Shown here in pieces: positions 44,489 through 53,508 of a stretch of DNA of 54,954 nt (position 1 is its first letter; each line of letters opens with the position of its first letter). A model generated the notes under the pieces. That model worked only from the letters and a program-made list of their open reading frames with translations. It searched no databases and was not told where the DNA came from. Location of the stretch: contig CAYVDB010000002.1 in assembly GCA_964450705.1 (NCBI GenBank), positions 1 through 54,954 on the forward strand. Direction: 5' to 3'. This stretch comes from an uncultured Candidatus Saccharibacteria bacterium. GTDB lineage: Bacteria; Patescibacteriota; Minisyncoccia; Phycocordibacterales; Zambryskibacteraceae. Both the position numbers and the translations under genes were made by a program.

Positions 44489-45398
44489 AGTCATTTTTAA
44501 AAAAACAGTTTTAGGATTACTTTCTTTTGCTCTTTTAATAATTCTATTTTCTCAAACCAGCGCCTTTGCCCAAGGACGACAATATACTCCACTTGAACCC
44601 CTCCCAGGTATTGTTAACAGCTCAGGAAAAACAGATATCGCTACATATATACCCGCTGTTTTTACCCTCCTTATAGCAATAGCGGGTGGCCTTGCGGTCA
44701 TAATGATTGTCATAGGAGGCTTCCAGTATGTATCTACTGATTCCTTAACTGGCAAAAAAGAAGGAAAAGAAAGAATCACCAACGCCATAATAGGGCTTCT
44801 CCTTGCTATCGCTTCTTATATAATTTTAAACACCATAAATCCCCAAATTTTAAACTTCAACCTTAGAATTCCAGGAGCTCCACAATCTACTCCGCCAACC
44901 ACAACGCCTCCACCTCCACCACCATCTGGATCTTGTAATATAAATTCAAGCACATCATGCACTGGGTCAAGCTGTTTAAATCTATGCCCTACCGGATCAA
45001 ACTGGGTAGTTGGAAATGACCCTCAAAACAGATCGACCTTGTCTTCTGTAGGAATATCTGTGAATAATCCGAACTGTCAGAGGGTTGGCGATAGGGGTTG
45101 TACGAGCCTAGCATTTCTTTCTTCGCGAGCGATGTCTGGATTACAGTGGTTAGGTAATAATTGTTCAAACTGCAATATAGTAGTTACTGGGGGAACAGAG
45201 TTTTGGCTCCACTCGAGTCACGGTCCTGGAATGGGACGTGTAGACCTAAGACTCAATGGAACGCTAGATAATTTTATAAAAACAAGAGGAACGAGTGTTG
45301 GCGGAAGCAACATATGCTTTAATGGACAGCCCGCTTGGATTTTAAATGGGGCTATTTTTGTATTAGAAAATAATAATCATTGGCATATTTGTTTCTAG
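44481..45398 (+). CDS. VirB2/T4SS-pilin-like protein fused to a Cys-rich putative Zn-peptidase (LAS/M15-like) domain
   Basis: ORF trimmed to MNKVIFKKTVLGLLSFALLIILFSQTSAFA. Two-helix pilin-like hairpin (IPAVFTLLIAIAGGLAVIMIVIGGFQY...AIIGLLLAIASYIIL), a poly-Pro linker, then SSHGPGMGRVDL and NNHWHICF. Overlaps the previous gene by 8 nt. Confidence 0.55.
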   Translation: MNKVIFKKTVLGLLSFALLIILFSQTSAFAQGRQYTPLEPLPGIVNSSGKTDIATYIPAVFTLLIAIAGGLAVIMIVIGGFQYVSTDSLTGKKEGKERITNAIIGLLLAIASYIILNTINPQILNFNLRIPGAPQSTPPTTTPPPPPPSGSCNINSSTSCTGSSCLNLCPTGSNWVVGNDPQNRSTLSSVGISVNNPNCQRVGDRGCTSLAFLSSRAMSGLQWLGNNCSNCNIVVTGGTEFWLHSSHGPGMGRVDLRLNGTLDNFIKTRGTSVGGSNICFNGQPAWILNGAIFVLENNNHWHICF

Positions 45399-45401
45399 AA
45401 T

Positions 45402-46634
45402 ATGGAGAAATTAAACAAAAACACAATCTGGATAGTTCTCGCTATACTCATAATTGTAGTTGGATCTTTATTATGGATTTTTCTAGGAGGGGAGGACTCT
45501 TCTTCTCCTCAAAACACAAACACCGGTACCCCTTTTGGTACCCCGGGGAATGAATCTTCGAATAACTCTGGAGCTCCTTTTGGCTCGATATCGCAGGACA
45601 ACCCATTTTTACCACCAGTTCAAAATTCTTTTTCTTCTGAAAAAAAGCTAAATCGCCTAAGCGAAGCGCCTGTTTCTGGAGCAACCATTACAACTTCTGG
45701 AAGCAGTACGGTTGTACGATATATGGATAAAGCAACTGGCCATGTTTACGAAGTTACGCTACCAAATGGCGAAAGAATACGACTTTCGAATGTAACAATT
45801 CCAAAAGTTGGAAAAACTATATGGAGAGATAAAGATTTTCTTCTTGCGCAAACAGTTGAAAATGGATTTATTAAAACAATCGTGGGGACAATCGCCTCAA
45901 GCACAAGTTCATCGACCGAAGAACGACTTCTTACCAAAAACCTTGGTTTTGGAAAAGAAAACGCGCTTTTCTCTCCTTCTAAAAAAAGTGGCTTGTATAC
46001 CAGCAAAGGAACTTCCGGTATTCAACTTTTCACAACAGACAAATTACTTGAAAAGCCTGTTTTAGTGTGGAGTTTCCCAACCTCAGAATGGCTTATTGAA
46101 TGGCCAAAAGAAGACACGATAACCCTCACCACCAAACCGTCACACGGGGTACCAGGATATATGTATGCCCTAAACCCTAGCACAAAAGCAAATTCTAAAA
46201 TCCTAAACGACATACCAGGGTTAACCACACTATCAAGTCCTGATGGATTAAAAGTTCTTTACGGAGCATCCGGAGAAAATACATCTTCTTTGTTTCTTTA
46301 CGACCTAAAAAATCGCTCCTCCGTAGCTTTAGGTATAAAAACTCTTCCAGAAAAGTGTGTCTGGGGCTCAAAAAACATCTATTGCGCAGTGCCGACAAAC
46401 CTTACAAATGAAACCTTGCCTGACTTGTGGTACCAAGGGGTAATTTCTTTCAAAGATTCTCTTTGGAGCATATCTTTCGATGGAGAAGAAGGGCTCCTAG
46501 AAACTGAATCCGTAAAAATCTCAGAGATCGCGGGAGGTAACATTGATCTAATAGAGCCCACCCTTAGCGGAGACGAAAAAACTTTAATTTTTACCAACAA
46601 ACTTGATGGTATTCTCTGGGCCCTCTCTTTGTAA
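45402..46634 (+). CDS. membrane-anchored protein, possible PD40/beta-propeller repeats
   Basis: N-terminal TM IWIVLAILIIVVGSLLWIF. Repeats resemble SPDGLKVLY and LSGDEKTLIF. Confidence 0.45.
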   Translation: MEKLNKNTIWIVLAILIIVVGSLLWIFLGGEDSSSPQNTNTGTPFGTPGNESSNNSGAPFGSISQDNPFLPPVQNSFSSEKKLNRLSEAPVSGATITTSGSSTVVRYMDKATGHVYEVTLPNGERIRLSNVTIPKVGKTIWRDKDFLLAQTVENGFIKTIVGTIASSTSSSTEERLLTKNLGFGKENALFSPSKKSGLYTSKGTSGIQLFTTDKLLEKPVLVWSFPTSEWLIEWPKEDTITLTTKPSHGVPGYMYALNPSTKANSKILNDIPGLTTLSSPDGLKVLYGASGENTSSLFLYDLKNRSSVALGIKTLPEKCVWGSKNIYCAVPTNLTNETLPDLWYQGVISFKDSLWSISFDGEEGLLETESVKISEIAGGNIDLIEPTLSGDEKTLIFTNKLDGILWALSL

Positions 46635-46641
46635 TCTCAAA

Positions 46642-47364
46642 TTACTTCGTTCTTATTTTCCGCAATGAGCGCTCTTGGAGAAGAGTGAAGACGTTGCTAG
46701 TAAACCAATATAGTGCAATTACTCCTGAAATCTGATACGAAATAAAAAAAACTATAACAGGAAAAACGTACCTCATTTGAACATTCATGCTTCGAGCAAG
46801 ATCATCTTGAAAAGACCGGGGTCCGTTTGTTGTTGTTTGGGCAAGAGCTGGTACAGAGGCTCTTATTTGGAGAAAACTTGAGAAACCAGCACAGAGCGCA
46901 AGAATAAGACTTTTCCCGGTTATATTAATAATCCCCAAAAAATCCATACTTACCTTATCTGGAGGATTAACAAAAGAATATAAAAATTCTGTGTTTACTT
47001 GCGGTAATCCAGACCTTAAAAATACATAGTATAGAGCAAAAATTATCGGAAGCTGGATAAGAATAATAAAAACACTTGAAAATGGATTAATGTTTTTTTC
47101 CTTGTACAAATCCATAGTCTTACGAGCCTGCTCCTGCTTATTTTCCTTATATTTTTCACGAATAGCCTTAAGATCGGCTTCAATTGACTTCATTTGAATC
47201 TGAGCCAAAACAGCCTTCTTAGATAGGGGATAGAGAATAAACTTAACTAGGAGCGTAAAAATTACGACAATAACCCCGGCATCAAGCCAAGGAAGGGCGT
47301 CCATAAGAAATATAAAACCGTTAAAAAGCGGTTTGAAAAGGAGCGTATGAAAAAGGTTTGACAT
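46642..47364 (-). CDS. yidC: membrane protein insertase YidC (short, Oxa1-type)
   Basis: 240 aa with 5 TM segments. Conserved position after rnpA. Confidence 0.85.
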   Translation of the reverse strand: MSNLFHTLLFKPLFNGFIFLMDALPWLDAGVIVVIFTLLVKFILYPLSKKAVLAQIQMKSIEADLKAIREKYKENKQEQARKTMDLYKEKNINPFSSVFIILIQLPIIFALYYVFLRSGLPQVNTEFLYSFVNPPDKVSMDFLGIINITGKSLILALCAGFSSFLQIRASVPALAQTTTNGPRSFQDDLARSMNVQMRYVFPVIVFFISYQISGVIALYWFTSNVFTLLQERSLRKIRTK

Positions 47365-47395
47365 CGCCCTATCCTACGCGAGCAAAGTCTTTTTT

Positions 47396-47728
47396 TCAAA
47401 TAGACAAACCTTCTAAAGACTTTCTAAGCACATTTGAAGAGGCTTTAAGTGCTGGAATTCTAACGTACACAACAACAATAGCTCTCTTGGGGAACCTTTC
47501 TTTAAGACTTCTGAGAATCTCGTATATCTTTCGACGGATTTGATTTCTCTGAACAGCTGTTTTTGCAACTTTTTTTGAAACAACAACAGCGCCACGAAAT
47601 GAGGCTTGAGTAATTTCTTCCTTGTTTGGCCGTAAAATACGAACAGAAAAGAACTCGGTAGAGAAAAGACTTCCTTTGTTTTGTTTTGGAAACAGCTTTC
47701 TAGGCACTCTCTCCTTACGTGAAAGCAT
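47396..47728 (-). CDS. rnpA: ribonuclease P protein component
   Basis: VVVSKKVAKTAVQRNQIRRKIYEIL (RNR motif region). Follows rpmH. Confidence 0.85.
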   Translation of the reverse strand: MLSRKERVPRKLFPKQNKGSLFSTEFFSVRILRPNKEEITQASFRGAVVVSKKVAKTAVQRNQIRRKIYEILRSLKERFPKRAIVVVYVRIPALKASSNVLRKSLEGLSI

Positions 47729-47734
47729 TAGAGA

Positions 47735-47869
47735 TCAAACAGTAAGCTTTCGGCGACCTTTTCTTCTTCGTCTAAGAACCGTTTTTTTACCAGGGGTACT
47801 CTTTTTTCTCTTAAGAAATCCGTGGGATCGGGCTCTTTTACGCTTTTTAGGTTGGTATGTTTGAGACAT
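47735..47869 (-). CDS. rpmH: 50S ribosomal protein L34
   Basis: Absent from the ORF track because it is under 60 aa. Hand translation: MSQTYQPKKRKRARSHGFLKRKKSTPGKKTVLRRRRKGRRKLTV (44 aa). Confidence 0.9.
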   Translation of the reverse strand: MSQTYQPKKRKRARSHGFLKRKKSTPGKKTVLRRRRKGRRKLTV

Positions 47870-47937
47870 ATAGTGAGATTGTATCTTGTAGAAGATTATT
47901 ATTCAAGTCAAGAACTGTTTTCCAGTTTGTAAACAAG

Positions 47938-47946
47938 TTATACACA
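47938..47946. promoter_or_regulatory. DnaA box (1 mismatch) upstream of dnaA
   Basis: TTATACACA versus the consensus TTATCCACA. Confidence 0.45.
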
Positions 47947-48027
47947 AAGTATCAACATAATTTTTGATTTCGGACAAGTTTTTTCAAAAGGCTACTAGTA
48001 TATACTTTGTTTACCTAAGAAAAAATT

Positions 48028-49380
48028 ATGGATACTCGACAATTATGGGACGGTGTACTGGTAGAAATGGAGCTTGCAGTTTCCAAAGCAAGCTTCCAAA
48101 CATGGTTTCGGGATACCTTTATTGCTAAACACGAGGATGGAGCCATCTTTCTTTCGGTTCCTAACGCTTTCGCCAAAGAGTGGCTAATGAACAAGTACCA
48201 CAACTCTATTTTAAAGCATCTCCGCGAACTTGCTCCTGGTATTCATTCAGTTGAATACATAGTTTCAAAAGACGATGGAAGGCCTAAGGAGCCTCCGAAG
48301 GCCCAGGACGCATCTTTTGTGGTTAACAACCGAGAACTACCTCTAGAGAGCCTGTATATAAACAAAGAAGACGGCTTAAATCCTCGATACACCTTTGATT
48401 CTTTTGTTATTGGGCCCTTTAATGAGCTTGCTCATGCTGCTTCTCAGGCGATTATAAAAAGCCCAGGGATCCTTTACAACCCTCTCTTTATATACGGCAA
48501 TACTGGCCACGGGAAAACCCACCTCATACAAGCTATAGGAAACCACATCAAAACAGGCTCGAAAGAAAAAAGAGTTTTATATGTGACTTCAGAGCGTTTC
48601 GCTTCTGACATAATCGGCGCAATCCAAACAGGCAAAATAAACCAAGTTAAAGACAAGTATAGAAAATACGACGTCCTGATCATGGATGACATTCAATTTC
48701 TTTCAAGTAAAGAAAAAACCCAAGAGGAGCTTTTTCACCTATTTAACACTCTCTATGATAATAATCGCCAAATTATTTTTTCCTCTGACAAACACCCTAA
48801 TCTTATTCCTTCAATAGAGGACCGATTAAAATCTCGTTTTGGAGCAGGAATGACCGTTGATATTAGCGCTCCTGATAAAGAATCTCGGGCTATTATCCTT
48901 TCAACAAAGGCTCGTATAAATAACATAAACCTAGAAGATGAGGTTGTTGATTTTTTGGCCGATACAATCAATGGAAATATCAGGGATTTGGAAGGAGCGC
49001 TCAATATTGTTGTTTGCCAAATGCAGCTAAAAGGAAGGCCTTTGTCTTTAAATGAAGTCCGAAACTTTATAAAAACTAGCGCTCGTCCTAAAAAAACAAT
49101 ATCTATCAAGGACGTAGTGAAAACAATCGCTGATTTTTATCAAATAGAAGAAAATAATATTTACGAAAAAACTAGGCGACGAGAAATTATAAAACCTCGC
49201 CAGGTTGCTATGTATATATTAAGAGAAGATTTTAGTATTTCTTATCCTTCTATTGGCCAAAAACTCGGGGGAAGAGACCATACGACCGTAATTCATTCCT
49301 GTGAAAAGATAAAAGAGGATATAAAAAAAGATCCGGATCTTCTTCAGGAGATAAACCAATTGCGTTCAATTCTTGTGTAA
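48028..49380 (+). CDS. dnaA: chromosomal replication initiator protein DnaA
   Basis: NPLFIYGNTGHGKTHL, LIMDDIQFL, and a C-terminal DNA-binding domain (GGRDHTTVIHSCEKI). Confidence 0.95.
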   Translation: MDTRQLWDGVLVEMELAVSKASFQTWFRDTFIAKHEDGAIFLSVPNAFAKEWLMNKYHNSILKHLRELAPGIHSVEYIVSKDDGRPKEPPKAQDASFVVNNRELPLESLYINKEDGLNPRYTFDSFVIGPFNELAHAASQAIIKSPGILYNPLFIYGNTGHGKTHLIQAIGNHIKTGSKEKRVLYVTSERFASDIIGAIQTGKINQVKDKYRKYDVLIMDDIQFLSSKEKTQEELFHLFNTLYDNNRQIIFSSDKHPNLIPSIEDRLKSRFGAGMTVDISAPDKESRAIILSTKARINNINLEDEVVDFLADTINGNIRDLEGALNIVVCQMQLKGRPLSLNEVRNFIKTSARPKKTISIKDVVKTIADFYQIEENNIYEKTRRREIIKPRQVAMYILREDFSISYPSIGQKLGGRDHTTVIHSCEKIKEDIKKDPDLLQEINQLRSILV

Positions 49381-49396
49381 AGGCTGTGAAATATTC

Positions 49397-49581
49397 TGGG
49401 GATAAAAAATGATTTTGTGGATAAAATTATAAAAATCTTAAGAAATCCTACTCTTATGAAATTAACTCACTCACATTTACACAGTTCGAGAATCCAAAAG
49501 GGTTTTATAACTAGCCTTATTTTTGATTTTTCCCTTTTTCCACAACCCTAGTAGTAACTATAAGTATTTATATATAGATAT
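49397..49581. promoter_or_regulatory. oriC-like DnaA-box cluster plus AT-rich segment between dnaA and dnaN
   Basis: TGGGGATAA (49397-49405), a perfect TGTGGATAA (49416-49424), TTTTCCACA (49536-49544), and the AT-rich run taagtatttatatatagatat (49561-49581). Confidence 0.55.
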
Positions 49582-50679
49582 ATGAAAATAGAATGCATTA
49601 AGGAAAAGATTCTCTACGGAGTGGCCTCAGCTGAGAAGGTTACTGGTAAAAACTTATCTTTACCAATACTTTCATCTTTATATCTTCGAGCAGAAAAAAA
49701 TAACCTTACCGTAAAGGGAACAAATTTAGATTTAGGAATTGAAATACAAATTCCAGTAAAAGTACTTGAGGAAGGGGAGGTTGTTGTTCCTGGCTCTTTA
49801 TTAAATGGAATACTTTCTAATTTACAAGAAGAAAAGATTATTCTTGAAACAAGAGAAAGTGAGCTTTTTATTATTACCAAAAATACTAGCTCAACACTGA
49901 AAACTGTATCGGCAGAAGATTTTCCTCTAATCCCTAAAACAACCAGCTCAAAAATAATAGAGATAGATACTCAAAATTTTGTTCAAGGGTTTCAGTCTGT
50001 ATGGTATAGCGCAGCTGTTACAAGTATGAAGCCTGAGCTATCGAGTGTTTACGTTTATGCAGAAAAAGAAGAATTAGTTTTTGTTGCAACAGACTCTTTC
50101 CGACTCGCAGAAAAAAGGGTTTCTATAAAAAAAGAGATAGATATGGAAGGAATTCTTATACCTTTTAAAAATATTCCTGAGATATTGCGTTTTTTGGAGG
50201 CCGGCAAGGGAGAGGTTTCTCTTTCTCTCGATAGCGGGCAGGTATCTTTTTCTAGAGAAGGAGGGTACTTAGTTTCGCGTGTCATTGAAGGGCTTTTCCC
50301 AGATTATCGACAGATAATTCCTAAAGAAGCAAAAACTGAGGTCGTGGTTCTAAAACAAGATCTTCTTCAAGCTTTAAAACTATCTCATGTTTTCTCCGAC
50401 ACATTTAATCAGGTGATCCTCCAGGTCTTTCCAAAAGAAAAAAACTTTGAAATAACTACAAAGAATGCCAACCTTGGAGAAAACAAAACTTCAATCGAGG
50501 CTGTCGTAAAGGGGGAAGACTCTATCCTTTCTTTTAATTATAAATATATTACAGATTGCTTTTCTTCTATAAAGAATGACAGCTTAACACTTTTTTTCCA
50601 CGGAGTAGGAAAACCACTTCTTATTCGAGGACTTCATGATAAGACCTTTCTTTATGTTGTTATGCCAATGAATAAATAA
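49582..50679 (+). CDS. dnaN: DNA polymerase III beta sliding clamp
   Basis: 365 aa, three-domain clamp. Immediately follows dnaA and ends MPMNK. Confidence 0.95.
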   Translation: MKIECIKEKILYGVASAEKVTGKNLSLPILSSLYLRAEKNNLTVKGTNLDLGIEIQIPVKVLEEGEVVVPGSLLNGILSNLQEEKIILETRESELFIITKNTSSTLKTVSAEDFPLIPKTTSSKIIEIDTQNFVQGFQSVWYSAAVTSMKPELSSVYVYAEKEELVFVATDSFRLAEKRVSIKKEIDMEGILIPFKNIPEILRFLEAGKGEVSLSLDSGQVSFSREGGYLVSRVIEGLFPDYRQIIPKEAKTEVVVLKQDLLQALKLSHVFSDTFNQVILQVFPKEKNFEITTKNANLGENKTSIEAVVKGEDSILSFNYKYITDCFSSIKNDSLTLFFHGVGKPLLIRGLHDKTFLYVVMPMNK

Positions 50680-50930
50680 TGAATCCTCTATCTTCGTATC
50701 TAGAGCGCCTACGCTCCATTTTAAAAGACAAGACGTTTGAAAAGAAGCAAATACAAGAAGTTATAGAGCGTTTTTCTGGAATTGTTGTAGATATAAACAA
50801 TATATCTATTCAAAACAAAACTTTGTATATCAAAGAAAATAATTATATTAAAAATGACCTTTTTCTTAAAAAAAAGATTCTAATAGAAAACCTAAAAGAA
50901 AAAGGATTTTTTATTGAGGATCTTCGATAA
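50679..50930 (+). CDS. small DUF721/DciA-like protein
   Basis: 83 aa. Its ATG overlaps the dnaN stop (TAATG). NKTLYIKENNYIKNDLFLKKKILIENLKEKG resembles the DUF721 core pattern (from memory). Confidence 0.4.
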   Translation: MNPLSSYLERLRSILKDKTFEKKQIQEVIERFSGIVVDINNISIQNKTLYIKENNYIKNDLFLKKKILIENLKEKGFFIEDLR

Positions 50931-53430
50931 AGATTGACCCTGAAGCCTCTCCTTTGTTATAGGCGTCATCAACTACAACTACTCGGATTCTGTTTTCTCC
51001 AGATACGAAACCAACGTCTTCGGCTATGAATGTTTTTGTAAACGGAACACTTTTAACTTCTCCGAGGTACCGCTCATTAAAGAAGAATTCGGCCTTTTGT
51101 ATTGGTTTTTTTGCAACAATAAGAGGCGTTATGGAAATTGTATCGTCTGGGAAATACGAATCCTCGATTTTCGAAAGTGTCACAATGGGCTGGTTTTCTT
51201 TTGTGTGTACGTCGTCAAAGTCGCTTGGAAGGGGCGGTATGGGCTCTGGTACAAATCCAGTTGCTGATACCCACCGACTAACCCCATATTCCCAGTATTT
51301 ATATTGAGGGTCATTTTCTGGGTTTTGCGGAGCTTCTCCTCGGGGATCGTCTTTGTTAACCCAATGGAGAATGGAGTGTACTCCTCCAGAAAGATACTCT
51401 TTTGTTGTTTCTTCAGGAGTAAATTCCGTTGCTCTTTTTTTTGACACAAGATCTATTTTGTCTGATATGCCACCTTGCCACTTTCCTCTAAGTACTGGCT
51501 TTAAAGACAGAGAACTCTCAGTTAGGGGCGTAGGAAAAGATTCTCTAGGAAGTGTTTGTAAAAGTTCATCCATAAAAGCTCTCCACATGGGGGCGACAAT
51601 AAAACCCGCAACCTTTTTTTCCATAGGGGTATTGTCATTGTTTCCTGCCCACGCACCTAAGGCTATAGAAGGAGTATATCCAATGATCCAAGCGTCTTTA
51701 TAATCATTGGTGGTTCCTGTTTTTACAGCAACGTCTTTTTCTCCAAAAAACAGATAAGAAGATTGTCCAAATGCCGGAGCCCGAGCTTCATTATCTGAAA
51801 GAATATCAGATATTTTCAAGGCAACTTCACGAGGTAAAATTTCTGTCGGTTCAGGTTTTCTCTCGAAGAGTATTTTTTCAGAGCCATCTCGAACTTCTTG
51901 TATCGCAAAGGACTTATTCTTTACTCCTTCGTTTGCAAAGACGCTGTAAGCCCCAACCATTTCTAGAAGCGACACTTCGCCTCCGCCAAGTACAAGGGTA
52001 AGGCCATATTGACTTGGAGTGCCAAGGCTTTCAATTCCCATGTTTTGAGCAAGTCTAATAGAGTCTCGGATGCCAGCAAGATATAAGGTTTTTACGGAGG
52101 TTATGTTTATTGATTGAGCTAGTGAATTACGAAGCGTTATAGGCCCTCTGTAGAGGTTGTCGTAGTTCTCTGGAGAATAGCAACCGTTTTCACTCGTTGT
52201 GTTGTCAGGCGCACATCGAGTCGAGAATTGAGTTTTTACGTCAAAAAGAACAGTTTCCGGCGTAAATCCTTTTATAAAAGACTGGGCATATACAAAAGGT
52301 TTAAACGTTGAGCCCGGCTGTCGTTTTGCGGTCGCAATGTTGAAATTGCCGTCAATTTCTTCGTCAAAATAGTCGCGAGATCCAACCATTACAAGGATAC
52401 CGCCTGTTTTTGGATCAAGAGCAACAAACGCCGCGTTTTCTGCGTTAAACTTTTCTTTATTGTCTTTTGCAAAACGTTTTGCAATCTCTTCTCCTTTTAT
52501 TTGTTTTTCGTAATCAAGCGTGGTTTTTACACGGAGCCCTCCATTACGGACGGTTTCTTCCCCGTATTCTTTTTCAAGTTCTTCAATAACATAAAATACA
52601 AAATGCGGAGCTTTTATTCCGGAAGTCTCGCGTGGCTTGAATGAGACTTCTTCGACAGAAGCATCTTTAAACTCTTGTTCTGTAATAAAACCATTTCGAA
52701 GCATTTCTCGTAGTACTATATTTTTTCTTTCAACAAGACGATCAACATTTTTTCCGTAAGGTGAATAGAAGCTTGGGGCTTGTAGAAGGGCAGCCAGATA
52801 AGCTGACTGAGGAAGATTAATATCTCGGGCGCTTACTCCAAAATAGGCTTGGCTCGCTTCCTCTATACCGTAAAGAGCGCCCCCATAGGGCATTTCGTTC
52901 AAATATATAGAAAGTATCTCTTCCTTTGATATTATTTTTTCAAGTTTGAGCGCAAGCACCCACTCTTTTATTTTACGAGAGAGAAGTTTTTCTTTCGTGA
53001 GCAGAGCATTTTTTATTACCTGTTGGGTAATAGTTGAGCCTCCTTGGTTGTATTCTAAAGAGAGTATATTCGCCAAAACAGCCCTTATGATTGCTTTTGG
53101 TTTGATTCCATTGTGGCTGTAAAACTCTCTATCTTCTATTGCTATTGTTGCGTTTTTGGCGTAGCGGGAGATTTCTTCAAAAGGAATTACTGTGCGCTTT
53201 GTTTCTTGATTGACGTCGTAAAGAAGAATTTCTCCAGAAGCGTCATAAATTTTTGTTGATTCGATTACCCTGCGTTCACTAAAAGAGTCCAGGTTGGGAA
53301 GAGTGAAGGTTGATATCCAAATAAAGAATATACCAATAAAAATAAACCCCAGAATGGTAATAAGAAGCAGAATTTCTTTTTTTGAGTATTTTCTTACGCT
53401 CTTATGCACGCGTTCCAAGGCCTTTTTCAT
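50911..53430 (-). CDS. bifunctional class A penicillin-binding protein (GT51 glycosyltransferase / transpeptidase)
   Basis: EDREFYSHNGI, GGSTITQQVIKN and RKIKE (GT51). STFKPF (SxxK) and KTGTT. Confidence 0.9.
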   Translation of the reverse strand: MKKALERVHKSVRKYSKKEILLLITILGFIFIGIFFIWISTFTLPNLDSFSERRVIESTKIYDASGEILLYDVNQETKRTVIPFEEISRYAKNATIAIEDREFYSHNGIKPKAIIRAVLANILSLEYNQGGSTITQQVIKNALLTKEKLLSRKIKEWVLALKLEKIISKEEILSIYLNEMPYGGALYGIEEASQAYFGVSARDINLPQSAYLAALLQAPSFYSPYGKNVDRLVERKNIVLREMLRNGFITEQEFKDASVEEVSFKPRETSGIKAPHFVFYVIEELEKEYGEETVRNGGLRVKTTLDYEKQIKGEEIAKRFAKDNKEKFNAENAAFVALDPKTGGILVMVGSRDYFDEEIDGNFNIATAKRQPGSTFKPFVYAQSFIKGFTPETVLFDVKTQFSTRCAPDNTTSENGCYSPENYDNLYRGPITLRNSLAQSINITSVKTLYLAGIRDSIRLAQNMGIESLGTPSQYGLTLVLGGGEVSLLEMVGAYSVFANEGVKNKSFAIQEVRDGSEKILFERKPEPTEILPREVALKISDILSDNEARAPAFGQSSYLFFGEKDVAVKTGTTNDYKDAWIIGYTPSIALGAWAGNNDNTPMEKKVAGFIVAPMWRAFMDELLQTLPRESFPTPLTESSLSLKPVLRGKWQGGISDKIDLVSKKRATEFTPEETTKEYLSGGVHSILHWVNKDDPRGEAPQNPENDPQYKYWEYGVSRWVSATGFVPEPIPPLPSDFDDVHTKENQPIVTLSKIEDSYFPDDTISITPLIVAKKPIQKAEFFFNERYLGEVKSVPFTKTFIAEDVGFVSGENRIRVVVVDDAYNKGEASGSIFIEDPQ

Positions 53431-53478
53431 AGACGGTTAGTCAATCATAACATGCGTATCTTTTGCAAGGTTTAATAT

Positions 53479-53506
53479 AAAAACCCCGACGTATGCCGGG
53501 GTTTTT
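53479..53506 (-). terminator. intrinsic terminator
   Basis: CCCCG (53484-53488) / CGGGG (53497-53501), flanked by an A-run and a T-run. Follows the small acidic ORF on the minus strand. Confidence 0.6.
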
Positions 53507-53508
53507 AT

